From the IMG/VR virus record IMGVR_UViG_3300025889_000071: a DNA stretch of 64,000 nt; one strand, 5' to 3'. A model generated the notes under the pieces. It made no database searches and was not told the DNA's origin. It saw nothing but the letters and a program-made list of their open reading frames with translations. This document shows positions 19,062-27,945 of this stretch, piece after piece. The DNA is from a virus (lineage: Duplodnaviria > Caudoviricetes). Position 1 is the first letter of the stretch. Each line of letters opens with the position of its first letter. A program made the position numbers and the translations under genes.

Positions 19062-19879
19062 ATAGAATTACAGACTATCAACATCTCAAAGAAAATATTG
19101 TTAAATGGTTAAATCAATATGTTTCAGATAATCCTAGTATCAAAGCATTTGTTGTAGGGGTATCTGGTGGAATCGATTCTGCTGTTACAGCTACTCTTTG
19201 TGCTGAAACTGGGTTTCCAACTTATGTTCTTTCAATGCCATTGTATTCTTCTCATGATAGTGATTCTCTTTCAAGAGATTATGTTAATGAGTTGGAAAAG
19301 AAATATGATAATGTGACTAAAGTTCGAGTTGAACTTTCTGGAGTTTATGATAAATTCTTGCAATCATTTGGATGGTGGACTGGTGATGAGTTTACTAAAA
19401 ATGAACTTGCAAATGCGAATACAAAATCACGACTTCGTATGGTAACTTTATATCAAGTTGCTGGTTCTAAAAATGGTATTGTTGTTGGAACTGGTAATAA
19501 GGTTGAGGATTATGGTGTTGGGTTTTATACTAAATATGGTGACGGTGGTGTTGATATTGCACCAATTGCAGATCTTTATAAAACAGAAGTATGGGAACTT
19601 GGAAAATATCTTGGTGTAGATCAACGTATTATTGATGCTCCTCCAACCGATGGGCTTTGGGGAGATAGTAGAACGGATGAGCAACAACTTGGTGTTTCCT
19701 ATGAACTTCTCGAATGGGTAATGGAAAGTGGAATAATGGATTGGAAAGATCCATCTTCACTTGATATGTGGAAAGGTAATCCTTTATCTGATGAACAGAA
19801 ACATGCAGTTAAGCAATATCAAAAGTTTAACACCCAGAATCAACATAAAATGTCATCAATTCCTACGTTTAAACTATGA
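19058..19879 (+). CDS. nadE: NH3-dependent NAD+ synthetase
   Basis: VGVSGGIDSA PP-loop, NTKSRLRM, GTGNKVE, GFYTKYGDG, DLYKTEV, PPTDGL, DEQQLG; no glutaminase domain. Confidence 0.95.
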   Translation: MNRITDYQHLKENIVKWLNQYVSDNPSIKAFVVGVSGGIDSAVTATLCAETGFPTYVLSMPLYSSHDSDSLSRDYVNELEKKYDNVTKVRVELSGVYDKFLQSFGWWTGDEFTKNELANANTKSRLRMVTLYQVAGSKNGIVVGTGNKVEDYGVGFYTKYGDGGVDIAPIADLYKTEVWELGKYLGVDQRIIDAPPTDGLWGDSRTDEQQLGVSYELLEWVMESGIMDWKDPSSLDMWKGNPLSDEQKHAVKQYQKFNTQNQHKMSSIPTFKL

Positions 19880-21012
19880 AAATTGGAGTTATCGGAGCTG
19901 GTAGATTAGGTATTTGCTTTGCTCTTCTTTGCGAACAAGCTGGATATGAAGTTATTGTTTCTGATTGCAGAGAAGACTATGTAAATGGTCTTCAAAACAA
20001 ATTTATTAATACCAATGAACCTGAAGTACAGAAGATGCTACTTGAGGCAACAAACTTTACTGCTACGATAAGTAATCAGAAAGTAATTGATGAGTGTGAT
20101 ATAATTTACACTCTTGTTGCAACACCTTCACGTTCGGATGGAAGTTATAACGTTGAAGCTGTATGGGAGGTAGTGGAAGATATTAAAAAATCTTCTAAAT
20201 CTGCTGGTAAATCTTTTGTTGTTGGGTGTACAACAAATCCTGGAGATTGTGCAGAGATTCAAGAAGAGTTGAAAGAATGCGGTGTAGAAGTATTTTACAA
20301 TCCAGAATTTATTGCTCAAGGATCCATTGTACGTGATTTGAGACGTGCAGATATGGTTCTCATTGGTGGTGATAATAGTTTAGTATATGCAGATCTTTGT
20401 GAACTTTATCACAAGATTCAGGAAACTGAACCAAAGATTCACTTTATGTCAACTACTTCTGCAGAACTTGTCAAACTTGCAGTTAATTGTTTTCTAACAA
20501 CAAAAATTAGTTATGCAAACATGGTTGGACAAGTGATGACTCTCTATGGTTTGGAGAATGAAATATCAACTGTTCTTGAAGCAATTGGTGATGATACGAG
20601 AGTTGGTCGTAAATATTTGAAGTATGGATATGGTTTTGGTGGCCCATGTCTTCCTAGAGATAATCGTTCTTTTGGAGCATTTGCAAAAAAACTTGGTCTC
20701 AAATTTGATCTAGGAAACACCACTGATAACTTTAATAATGAACATGCAAAATTCTTATGTGATTATTTTATTTCTAAAAATGTAAATAAACTTCCTTTTT
20801 ACTTTGATTATGTTTCTTATAAAAAAGGAACTGATATTCTCACAGAGAGTCAGCAGTATAGACTTTGTTTAGACCTTCTTTATGCTGGTTATACTGTTTA
20901 TATTGACGATATTGAAACTATTATGACACAGATTAGAGACGATCTTGATGGATATGGTGAACGGGTTAAGTTTGGCAAACCATCTGAAGAAGTTTATAAG
21001 ATTGACTTTTAA
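19876..21012 (+). CDS. ugd: UDP-glucose/GDP-mannose 6-dehydrogenase
   Basis: GAGRLG, VATPS, YNPEFIAQG, ELVKLAVNCFL, GYGFGGPCLPRD. Confidence 0.9.
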   Translation: MKIGVIGAGRLGICFALLCEQAGYEVIVSDCREDYVNGLQNKFINTNEPEVQKMLLEATNFTATISNQKVIDECDIIYTLVATPSRSDGSYNVEAVWEVVEDIKKSSKSAGKSFVVGCTTNPGDCAEIQEELKECGVEVFYNPEFIAQGSIVRDLRRADMVLIGGDNSLVYADLCELYHKIQETEPKIHFMSTTSAELVKLAVNCFLTTKISYANMVGQVMTLYGLENEISTVLEAIGDDTRVGRKYLKYGYGFGGPCLPRDNRSFGAFAKKLGLKFDLGNTTDNFNNEHAKFLCDYFISKNVNKLPFYFDYVSYKKGTDILTESQQYRLCLDLLYAGYTVYIDDIETIMTQIRDDLDGYGERVKFGKPSEEVYKIDF

Positions 21013-21015
21013 AAA

Positions 21016-21822
21016 ATGACAGAAGCACTTTTAGATAAAAATAAATCTGCCTTTAAACTTAAGGGTATGGGTCCGATATATTGTATCAATCTGGATGATC
21101 AACCAGAAAGATGGAAGTATATGGAAGATCAATTTAAGTATTGGGAAATTGAAAACTATACTCGCATCTCTGGATATGATGGCCGTGATGATGACTTGAG
21201 TGATATACTCACAGGAAAATATCCTGATAGAGTTTCTTCTGGAGAAATTGGATGTTCTACAAGTCATCTTAAAGCCATCAAGCATTGGTTAGAAACTTCT
21301 GATTCTCCTTATGCGATTATGATGGAAGATGACTGTAGTTTAGAAACGGTAAGGTTTTGGAATTTTACTTGGAATGACTTTTATGCACATGTTCCATATG
21401 ATTGGGATGTAGTTCAAATTGCTATTATCTGTACTGGGGATATTCATGTTCGTCTTCACAAAAGATTTGTAAATGATTTTTCAACAGCATGTTATATTAT
21501 CAATCGTCATCATGCAGAAAAACTTTTAAGATTTCATGTTCGTGGTGAAAAGTATAAATTGGACAATGGATGTAAACCAAGACCAGTTGCTGATGATTTG
21601 ATTTATAATTCCGGTAACACTTATTCCATGCCCCTATTAGTCTATAGAACAGAACTTGGGTCTTCTATACACCCAGAGCACGTTGACATCTATCACAAGG
21701 GCAATTACCAGGCTCTCACTAACTTTTGGCAACAGAATGGTGCTAATATTGATATTGTTGATTATATGAACTACGATCCATATCTTGGAAGAATTACGGA
21801 ACCAACACAAAGAGATGCTTGA
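21016..21822 (+). CDS. GT25 family glycosyltransferase
   Basis: YCINLDDQPER, GEIGCSTSHL, MEDD, FSTACYII. Confidence 0.85.
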   Translation: MTEALLDKNKSAFKLKGMGPIYCINLDDQPERWKYMEDQFKYWEIENYTRISGYDGRDDDLSDILTGKYPDRVSSGEIGCSTSHLKAIKHWLETSDSPYAIMMEDDCSLETVRFWNFTWNDFYAHVPYDWDVVQIAIICTGDIHVRLHKRFVNDFSTACYIINRHHAEKLLRFHVRGEKYKLDNGCKPRPVADDLIYNSGNTYSMPLLVYRTELGSSIHPEHVDIYHKGNYQALTNFWQQNGANIDIVDYMNYDPYLGRITEPTQRDA

Positions 21823-21868
21823 CAGAACTTTACATTTCCTATATAATTATGTAACAGTTCTTTACAAA
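21819..21868 (+). promoter_or_regulatory. Consensus sigma70 promoter of hli with HLR1-like repeats
   Basis: TTGACA (21819-24)-N17-TATAAT (21842-47); GTAACAGT-TC-TTTACAAA (21851-68). Confidence 0.75.
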
Positions 21869-21872
21869 GACA

Positions 21873-22091
21873 ATGACCGTAACAACTAATGAGCGTGGAC
21901 AACAGAATATGTGGGCAACTGAACCCACCATGTACATGACTAAAGAAGATCTTGATCGTTATGGTATCGAAACACATGCTGAAAAAGCAGAGAAACTGAA
22001 CGGTCGTGTTGCCATGCTGGGATTCGTCGCAGCAGTCGTTTCCTATGCAACTACTGGTAGCCTGTTCTTCTTCGGTGCATTCGGTATTTGA
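21873..22091 (+). CDS. hli: High-light-inducible protein
   Basis: AEKLNGRVAMLGF chlorophyll-binding motif; NMWATEP N-terminus. Confidence 0.95.
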   Translation: MTVTTNERGQQNMWATEPTMYMTKEDLDRYGIETHAEKAEKLNGRVAMLGFVAAVVSYATTGSLFFFGAFGI

Positions 22092-22093
22092 TT

Positions 22094-22285
22094 ATGGAAC
22101 ACAGCATCGTTGAACTTTTCACATATTATGTGATTGCTGGAGCACTCATCATCGGAGCACCTGCCGTCTTTTTCCTTGTTGCTTTCATGCCTGCTCTTCA
22201 GAATACGAAGGGTCGTATGGTAGGATATAAGGACCACAAGACTTATGGTGATTCATCTATTTACGAAGTAAACAGGAGCACTTGA
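22094..22285 (+). CDS. Small membrane hypothetical protein
   Basis: Hydrophobic segment, then FMPALQNTKGRMVGYKDH. Confidence 0.7.
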   Translation: MEHSIVELFTYYVIAGALIIGAPAVFFLVAFMPALQNTKGRMVGYKDHKTYGDSSIYEVNRST

Positions 22286-22287
22286 CA

Positions 22288-22671
<384 letters not shown>

Positions 22672-22672
<1 letters not shown>

Positions 22673-22965
22673 TGAACAAGTTTCTTCTTTTCTCCAAGGA
22701 CTCTTGTGGCCCTTGTATGTTGGTAGAAAAATACTTTCGTTCTATCAAAGATGAAAGAACCAGCATCATTGAAAAGGTAGATCTTGAAGATTTTGGGTCA
22801 ACTCCATCTCAAGAAGCACTAGATCTTGCTAAAAAGTATGGTGTGACTGCAACACCTGTTCTTGTTGTTACAGATTCTGAAGGAAACAAGTTAGAAGAAT
22901 ACATAGGTGGTATGGGAATTACCCAAAACATCAGAAAGTTATTTGATCAGTATGCCAAATCCTAA
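22672..22965 (+). CDS. Thioredoxin-like protein
   Basis: CGPC active site; YGVTATPVL cis-Pro loop. Confidence 0.85.
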
Positions 22966-23101
22966 TCAACTTCAAGAAGACATAGTTAAATTAAATGCCC
23001 TATACGAAGAACTCTGCTGGGGGCACGATGACGAATTAGTATTCAGTCACGAAAATGGCAGAGTCGTTATTTACAACAAAACTCAGGAGCAAAAACAATG
23101 A
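22952..23101 (+). CDS. Hypothetical protein
   Basis: MPNPNQLQEDIVKLNALYEELCW...; ATGA overlap with hli. Confidence 0.6.
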   Translation: MPNPNQLQEDIVKLNALYEELCWGHDDELVFSHENGRVVIYNKTQEQKQ

Positions 23102-23205
23102 ACGAAAAAGCAGAACGCATTAATGGTTGGGCAGCAATGATTGGAGTCATTGCCGCAATGGGATCTTATGCCGTTAGTGGCCAGATCATTCCAGGTGTAT
23201 GGTGA
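23098..23205 (+). CDS. hli: High-light-inducible protein (35 aa)
   Basis: Manually read MNEKAERINGWAAMIGVIAAMGSYAVSGQIIPGVW. Confidence 0.95.
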   Translation: MNEKAERINGWAAMIGVIAAMGSYAVSGQIIPGVW

Positions 23206-23210
23206 ATGAT

Positions 23211-23336
23211 ATGTTACTTCTAGGTTCTATAATGCTGGGCACATTTATTTTTTATGCCGCCCTGTTTAGTGAGGACGTAGATGATGATGATGACATGGAC
23301 GGCGGTATGATGGTTCCCGCATATAACCCAATTTAA
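23211..23336 (+). CDS. Small membrane peptide with acidic tail
   Basis: MLLLGSIMLGTFIFYAALFSEDVDDDDDMDGGMMVPAYNPI. Confidence 0.6.
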   Translation: MLLLGSIMLGTFIFYAALFSEDVDDDDDMDGGMMVPAYNPI

Positions 23337-23342
23337 TTCTCA

Positions 23343-23376
23343 AACTCTGTTCTAAATAAAGGACAGAGTTTTTTTT
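23343..23376 (+). terminator. Terminator with late-promoter motif in its loop
   Basis: AACTCTGT/ACAGAGTT stem, CTAAATA in loop, U-tract. Confidence 0.6.
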
Positions 23377-23381
23377 GTATT

Positions 23382-23543
23382 ATGTCACATAACCAATTGA
23401 CAAGAGATGAAATCAAGTGTCATGTTCTTAAGTTAAAACATCAAGTTGATCAAGAGCCAAAAACTGTATGGCAAGGAGAAAAGGATCTTGCTCATAAGTA
23501 TCTTAATTTGGTCTTGGACAAGATAGAGGAATATCGATTTTAG
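23382..23543 (+). CDS. Conserved cyanophage hypothetical protein (53 aa)
   Basis: Manually read MSHNQLTRDEIKCHVLKLKHQV...KYLNLVLDKIEEYRF. Confidence 0.7.
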   Translation: MSHNQLTRDEIKCHVLKLKHQVDQEPKTVWQGEKDLAHKYLNLVLDKIEEYRF

Positions 23544-23575
23544 GGGTTGACACCCCTTTTTTTGTGCCTTATAAT
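23542..23575 (+). terminator. Terminator whose loop is a -35 box; overlapping consensus promoter
   Basis: AGGGG-TTGACA-CCCCT-T7; TTGACA (23547-52)-N17-TATAAT (23570-75). Confidence 0.75.
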
Positions 23576-23635
23576 AGACAGGTCTTCGGGAGACACCGCT
23601 TCAACACCTCCAAATGGGTACTACCAAATGGGGAC

Positions 23636-23669
23636 TTGACAAGTAGTGGAGACCGTAGTATACTAAATA
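23636..23669 (+). promoter_or_regulatory. psbA promoter (sigma70 plus overlapping late motif)
   Basis: TTGACA (23636-41)-N17-TATACT (23659-64); CTAAATA (23663-69). Confidence 0.8.
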
Positions 23670-23715
23670 AATCAACGACAAAGAAGTTTACATTTCTTAA
23701 CCGTTGGAACACACC

Positions 23716-23815
23716 CCGCAAACCGAGACCTCTAGGGTGTCTAAATCACGTCTCTTATATCCCAAGGCGAGGGGTCTTGGGAAATAGTAACTCCACCATG
23801 TCCCTGATGGTCTTA
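23716..23815 (+). ncRNA. PhotoRC-II-like structured 5' UTR of psbA
   Basis: Stems GAGAC/GTCTC (23725/23750), CCCAAG/CTTGGG (23761/23776), CCAT/ATGG (23796/23807) directly upstream of psbA, as in the cyanophage PhotoRC-II motif; boundaries approximate. Confidence 0.75.
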
Positions 23816-23831
23816 CTTAAATTTCAAAACA

Positions 23832-24911
23832 ATGTCTTCTACAACACTTTCAAAACAACAATCGAATACTTGGGACCAGTTCACTGAGTGGGTCACTTCC
23901 ACCAACAATCGTCTTTATGTTGGTTGGTTCGGAACTCTTATGATTCCAACCCTGCTTGCTGCTACACTCTGCTTCATCGTTGCCTTCATCGCTGCTCCTC
24001 CTGTGGACATCGATGGCATCCGTGAACCAGTCGCTGGTTCTCTCCTTTATGGAAACAACATCATCTCTGGTGCTGTTGTTCCTTCTTCTAACGCAATTGG
24101 ACTCCACTTCTATCCCATCTGGGAAGCTGCATCACTTGATGAATGGCTTTACAACGGTGGTCCTTATCAATTGGTCGTCTTCCACTTCCTGATTGGCATC
24201 TTCTGCTACATGGGTCGTGAGTGGGAACTTTCTTATCGTCTGGGTATGCGTCCCTGGATCTGCGTTGCATATTCCGCACCTGTTGCTGCTGCATCTGCTG
24301 TATTCCTGGTCTATCCTTTCGGTCAAGGTTCTTTCTCTGATGGTATGCCCCTTGGTATTAGTGGCACGTTCAACTTCATGCTTGTCTTCCAAGCAGAGCA
24401 CAACATCCTGATGCACCCCTTCCACATGCTTGGTGTGGCTGGTGTCTTCGGTGGTTCACTGTTCTCCGCAATGCACGGTTCTCTGGTTACTTCTTCACTG
24501 GTTCGTGAAACCACAGAAAACGAGTCCCAGAACTATGGTTACAAGTTCGGTCAAGAAGAAGAGACCTACAACATTGTTGCTGCTCATGGATACTTTGGTC
24601 GTCTAATCTTCCAATATGCATCCTTCAACAACTCCCGTTCACTTCACTTTTTCCTTGCAGCATGGCCTGTCGTAGGAATCTGGTTCACTGCACTTGGTGT
24701 TAGCACCATGGCATTCAATCTCAACGGTTTCAACTTCAACCAGTCCATCATCGACGGTCAAGGTCGTGTGCTCAACACCTGGGCAGATGTGCTGAACCGT
24801 GCCAACCTCGGGATGGAAGTGATGCACGAGAGGAACGCACACAATTTCCCTCTGGATCTTGCTGCTGCTGAGTCCACTCCTGTTGCACTTACTGCTCCAA
24901 CCATCGGTTGA
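23832..24911 (+). CDS. psbA: Photosystem II D1 protein (intron-less)
   Basis: [51 protein letters not shown]; uninterrupted 359 aa. Confidence 0.99.
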   Translation: MSSTTLSKQQSNTWDQFTEWVTSTNNRLYVGWFGTLMIPTLLAATLCFIVAFIAAPPVDIDGIREPVAGSLLYGNNIISGAVVPSSNAIGLHFYPIWEAASLDEWLYNGGPYQLVVFHFLIGIFCYMGREWELSYRLGMRPWICVAYSAPVAAASAVFLVYPFGQGSFSDGMPLGISGTFNFMLVFQAEHNILMHPFHMLGVAGVFGGSLFSAMHGSLVTSSLVRETTENESQNYGYKFGQEEETYNIVAAHGYFGRLIFQYASFNNSRSLHFFLAAWPVVGIWFTALGVSTMAFNLNGFNFNQSIIDGQGRVLNTWADVLNRANLGMEVMHERNAHNFPLDLAAAESTPVALTAPTIG

Positions 24912-24932
24912 GTTTCCTGAAAACTGAATAAT

Positions 24933-24972
24933 AAAAAGGGGGTCTCATTGAGATCCTTTTTTTGTATAAATA
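24933..24972 (+). terminator. psbA terminator followed by T4 late promoter
   Basis: AAAAGGGGGTCTC-ATT-GAGATCCTTTT hairpin, then TATAAATA (24965-72). Confidence 0.75.
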
Positions 24973-24997
24973 GGTATTGAGAATACGCATTACAATA

Positions 24998-25363
24998 ATG
25001 AAAACTTGTAGCATCTGTAAGCAAGAGTTGCCTCTTTCAAACTTTCATAAAAGAACTTATGCTTCTGGAAATATTGGATATCAAAATAAATGTAGAAAAT
25101 GCACCACTACTGTTAGGAGAGAGTATTATAAGCCCCACGAAAAAACTAGACAAAAACTAAAAATTAGTGAGGAGCAGTATAATGATCTAATGAAGAATGA
25201 GAACTGTCAAATATGTGATGCAGAACTAACCAAGAAGTGTATTGACCACTGCCACTCCACAAACAAGATACGGGGTGTCCTCTGCAACAACTGCAACACC
25301 GCACTGGGTCTTGTAGGAGACAACACCCATATCCTCCAAAAGATGATTGAGTATCTCGGTTGA
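24998..25363 (+). CDS. Endonuclease VII-motif homing endonuclease (F-CphI-like)
   Basis: N-terminal CxxC...CxxC; C-terminal CQICD...IDHCHSTNKIRGVLCNNCNTALG (EndoVII); directly downstream of psbA like F-CphI of S-PM2. Confidence 0.85.
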   Translation: MKTCSICKQELPLSNFHKRTYASGNIGYQNKCRKCTTTVRREYYKPHEKTRQKLKISEEQYNDLMKNENCQICDAELTKKCIDHCHSTNKIRGVLCNNCNTALGLVGDNTHILQKMIEYLG

Positions 25364-25389
25364 TATAAAAACTAAATACTGATATAATA

Positions 25390-25415
25390 AGAGGGTCACA
25401 CAGACCCTCTTTTTT
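25390..25415 (+). terminator. Intrinsic terminator
   Basis: AGAGGGTC-ACACA-GACCCTCT-TTTTT. Confidence 0.75.
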
Positions 25416-25416
25416 A

Positions 25417-25593
25417 ATGGCAAAAGTTAGAGACCCACTCAAGTATGGATACTATGGAGTTGATTATGTGCTCTGGGGTAAAGATAGAGTTGCTGTTTAC
25501 TTTGATATGATTACTGCACAACAATCAATGATGTCTATGCTGAAACGTGGAGTTGAAGTCAAAGGAATGAGAGAGATTAAAGTAAATGGGTAA
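25417..25593 (+). CDS. Hypothetical protein (58 aa)
   Basis: Manually read MAKVRDPLKYGYYGVDYVLWGKDRVAVYFD... Confidence 0.6.
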   Translation: MAKVRDPLKYGYYGVDYVLWGKDRVAVYFDMITAQQSMMSMLKRGVEVKGMREIKVNG

Positions 25594-25837
25594 GAGGAAA
25601 AGTGCCTGGAGAATTTGGGCAAAAGCATTAGGACAAAAAGATGGAAAAGATGATCGAGAGGCAGATATTATTGCTGGCATACGCACCCTTATTTTTATTT
25701 CTTACTTGGTTACCAATGTGGCTATCGTGGCCAATGCAGTAAGACACTGGAATGATGGGGTAAATAGAAATGTAGTCACGGGCACACAACCCACACAGAG
25801 GGTTTCCAATGTATCGGGAACCGCATCTCAACGATAA
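25586..25837 (+). CDS. Conserved cyanophage membrane hypothetical protein
   Basis: WRIWAKALG..G..DREAD..A.IRT..F..YLVTN..IVANAVRHW. Confidence 0.7.
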   Translation: MGKRKSAWRIWAKALGQKDGKDDREADIIAGIRTLIFISYLVTNVAIVANAVRHWNDGVNRNVVTGTQPTQRVSNVSGTASQR

Positions 25838-26018
25838 GTCAAAGGAATGTGCGGATATATGGAATGAATGGTATGAAATATTTCAAGATTCGGAAAAAAG
25901 AAACACGCCAAAACGTAAAGAATTGAGAGATGAATGGTGTAAGTGTTGTGATGAATTGAGTGAAATGGTTCGTCAAGAATATCTAACAAACCCTAGGTAC
26001 AATAATTTAAAAATGTAA
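25809..26018 (+). CDS. Hypothetical protein
   Basis: 69-aa ORF MYREPHL... Confidence 0.65.
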   Translation: MYREPHLNDKSKECADIWNEWYEIFQDSEKRNTPKRKELRDEWCKCCDELSEMVRQEYLTNPRYNNLKM

Positions 26019-26023
26019 TAAAG

Positions 26024-26122
26024 ATGATAACGACAGAAACTCCTGATAAGTTGAGGCAAATTATTATGGATACATGGCCTCAACTTTATCGAAGACAAAG
26101 AGTAGGTATTACTTCTTATTGA
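26024..26122 (+). CDS. Small hypothetical peptide (32 aa)
   Basis: Manually read MITTETPDKLRQIIMDTWPQLYRRQRVGITSY. Confidence 0.5.
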   Translation: MITTETPDKLRQIIMDTWPQLYRRQRVGITSY

Positions 26123-26152
26123 CTAATACTGTAAAGTTATGTAAACTAAATA
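26119..26152 (+). promoter_or_regulatory. psbD promoter with HLR1 (RpaB)-like direct repeat
   Basis: TTGACT (26119-24)-N17-TAAACT (26142-47); reverse strand reads TTTACATA-AC-TTTACAGT; CTAAATA at 26146. Confidence 0.65.
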
Positions 26153-26178
26153 TGAGAAGTAATTAAGAGGTAATTTTT

Positions 26179-27240
26179 TTGGCTTCATCTACTCTATCAA
26201 TTCCACAACAAAAAGGAGGTTGGTTCGATGTCCTCGATGATTGGCTTAAGCGTGATCGGTTTGTTTTTGTCGGTTGGTCTGGCATTCTCCTTTTCCCTAC
26301 AGCTTATCTCGCTCTTGGCGGTTGGCTTACAGGAACCACCTTTGCTACCAGTTGGTACACCCATGGCTTGGCGAGTTCATACCTTGAGGGTGCTAACTTT
26401 CTCACTGCTGCTGTTTCTACTCCTGCTGATGCTCTCGGACATAGCCTCCTTCTTCTTTGGGGTCCAGAAGCTCAGGGAGATTTCGTCCGCTGGGTCCAAC
26501 TTGGGGGACTCTGGCCTTTTGTGGCGCTCCACGGAGCTTTCGCTCTAATTGGTTTCATGCTTCGACAGTTTGAAATTGCACGTTTAGTGGGGATTAGACC
26601 GTACAATGCAATTGCTTTTTCGGGTCCTATTGCCGTATTCGTTAGCGTTTTTCTCATGTACCCACTTGGACAGTCCAGTTGGTTCTTTGCACCGTCCTTT
26701 GGCGTTGCGGCAATCTTCAGATTCTTACTTTTTCTACAAGGATTTCATAACTGGACACTCAACCCCTTCCATATGATGGGAGTTGCTGGTATACTGGGAG
26801 GAGCACTCTTATGTGCTATTCATGGTGCTACTGTAGAAAACACACTTTATGAAGATGGCGAACAATCAAATACTTTCAAGGCATTTGAGCCGACTCAAGA
26901 AGAAGAGACTTATTCAATGGTTACCGCTAATCGTTTTTGGTCGCAGATTTTCGGTATTGCGTTTAGCAATAAGCGTTGGTTGCATTTTTTCATGCTGTTT
27001 GTTCCTGTTATGGGTCTCTGGACATCTTCAATCGGGATCATCGGTCTTGCACTCAACCTTCGTGCATACGATTTTGTATCCCAAGAATTGAGAGCAGCAG
27101 AGGATCCAGAATTCGAAACATTTTACACAAAAAATATACTTTTGAATGAGGGGTTAAGGGCTTGGATGGCTCCAGTAGACCAGCCGCACGAGCAGTTTGT
27201 ATTTCCAGAGGAAGTGCTTCCCAGGGGAAATGCACTGTGA
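26179..27240 (+). CDS. psbD: Photosystem II D2 protein (TTG start)
   Basis: [58 protein letters not shown]. Confidence 0.99.
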   Translation: MASSTLSIPQQKGGWFDVLDDWLKRDRFVFVGWSGILLFPTAYLALGGWLTGTTFATSWYTHGLASSYLEGANFLTAAVSTPADALGHSLLLLWGPEAQGDFVRWVQLGGLWPFVALHGAFALIGFMLRQFEIARLVGIRPYNAIAFSGPIAVFVSVFLMYPLGQSSWFFAPSFGVAAIFRFLLFLQGFHNWTLNPFHMMGVAGILGGALLCAIHGATVENTLYEDGEQSNTFKAFEPTQEEETYSMVTANRFWSQIFGIAFSNKRWLHFFMLFVPVMGLWTSSIGIIGLALNLRAYDFVSQELRAAEDPEFETFYTKNILLNEGLRAWMAPVDQPHEQFVFPEEVLPRGNAL

Positions 27241-27449
27241 ATCACTATCTGGTTCTTGTATATGGCATATGCTTTTCTCTTATCGCAGGAGGTGCTTTTG
27301 CTTTGATGTGGAGCAATGTTCAATCTATTAATAAGATAATGGATAAACCTCCTAAACCACGTCATCCAGAAGCACCTGAACCAGGAGAACAAGTAATGTA
27401 TGTTGATTTATCTAGAGAAAAACTAGAGAATTTATATGGTGACAAATGA
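27237..27449 (+). CDS. DUF2973-like small membrane protein
   Basis: GTG start overlapping psbD stop; [11 protein letters not shown] ... RHPEAPEPG. Confidence 0.6.
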   Translation: MNHYLVLVYGICFSLIAGGAFALMWSNVQSINKIMDKPPKPRHPEAPEPGEQVMYVDLSREKLENLYGDK

Positions 27450-27546
27450 ACCTATACCAAAGTGGGTATATTGGATGGGCATTGGACTAATGTTATTCAC
27501 AGTCTTTTGTTTTGGTATTATGCTTGCAGGTATGATCTATGTGTGA
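27439..27546 (+). CDS. 35-aa membrane peptide
   Basis: GTG-started [35 protein letters not shown]. Confidence 0.45.
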   Translation: MTNEPIPKWVYWMGIGLMLFTVFCFGIMLAGMIYV

Positions 27547-27577
27547 TATAGTAAGAGGGTTAATTCCCTCTTTTTTT

Positions 27578-27886
27578 ATGATCGGAAATCTTGATCCTGA
27601 AGAACGTATTATGGCTAAACCGACTGTGTATGAACAAGTTGCATCCCTAGTCCGAAAATATGGATGGGAAGAAGATGATGAGATTACTGTTGAAATGGCA
27701 GGAACTCAAGTCTCTGGTATTGATGTGGGTGAAGAGTACAATAAAAGGTGGCAATCTCCTATTGGCACTCGTAAGTATAACAAAGATGCCTTTATTGTTA
27801 TTAAGAATCAGTCTCGCAGGGACCTGACCAAATCTCAACCTTTCTCTGAAGGTGAATTTAATCCACGACATCCTCACGAAGGTTAA
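27578..27886 (+). CDS. Conserved cyanophage hypothetical protein
   Basis: VSGIDVGEEYNKRWQSPIGTRKYNKDAFIVIKN; follows terminator at ~27553-27577. Confidence 0.75.
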   Translation: MIGNLDPEERIMAKPTVYEQVASLVRKYGWEEDDEITVEMAGTQVSGIDVGEEYNKRWQSPIGTRKYNKDAFIVIKNQSRRDLTKSQPFSEGEFNPRHPHEG

Positions 27887-27945
27887 ACAACCTCTTGCTA
27901 GAGACCTTTTTTGATGGTATGATGACTTCAAACAAAACTAAATTC

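Noticed and set aside
249-21977. Numerous 60-150 aa minus-strand and alternate-frame ORFs across the small-gene and glycan regions
   Set aside because: Shadows of well-supported plus-strand genes; no RBS or motifs, and low-complexity Phe/Ile/Ser composition
23564-23887. 107-aa ORF spanning the psbA leader
   Set aside because: Begins upstream of the predicted TSSs, crosses two promoters and the structured RNA leader, and has no recognisable motifs
23832-24911. Group I intron in psbA as in S-PM2
   Set aside because: D1 reading frame is continuous for 359 codons with no insertion
26830-27240. Apparent rare-codon patch at the psbD 3' end (possible second homing target)
   Set aside because: GGG, TTA and AGA codons also occur in the middle of psbD, so there is no sharp local anomaly as in psbA
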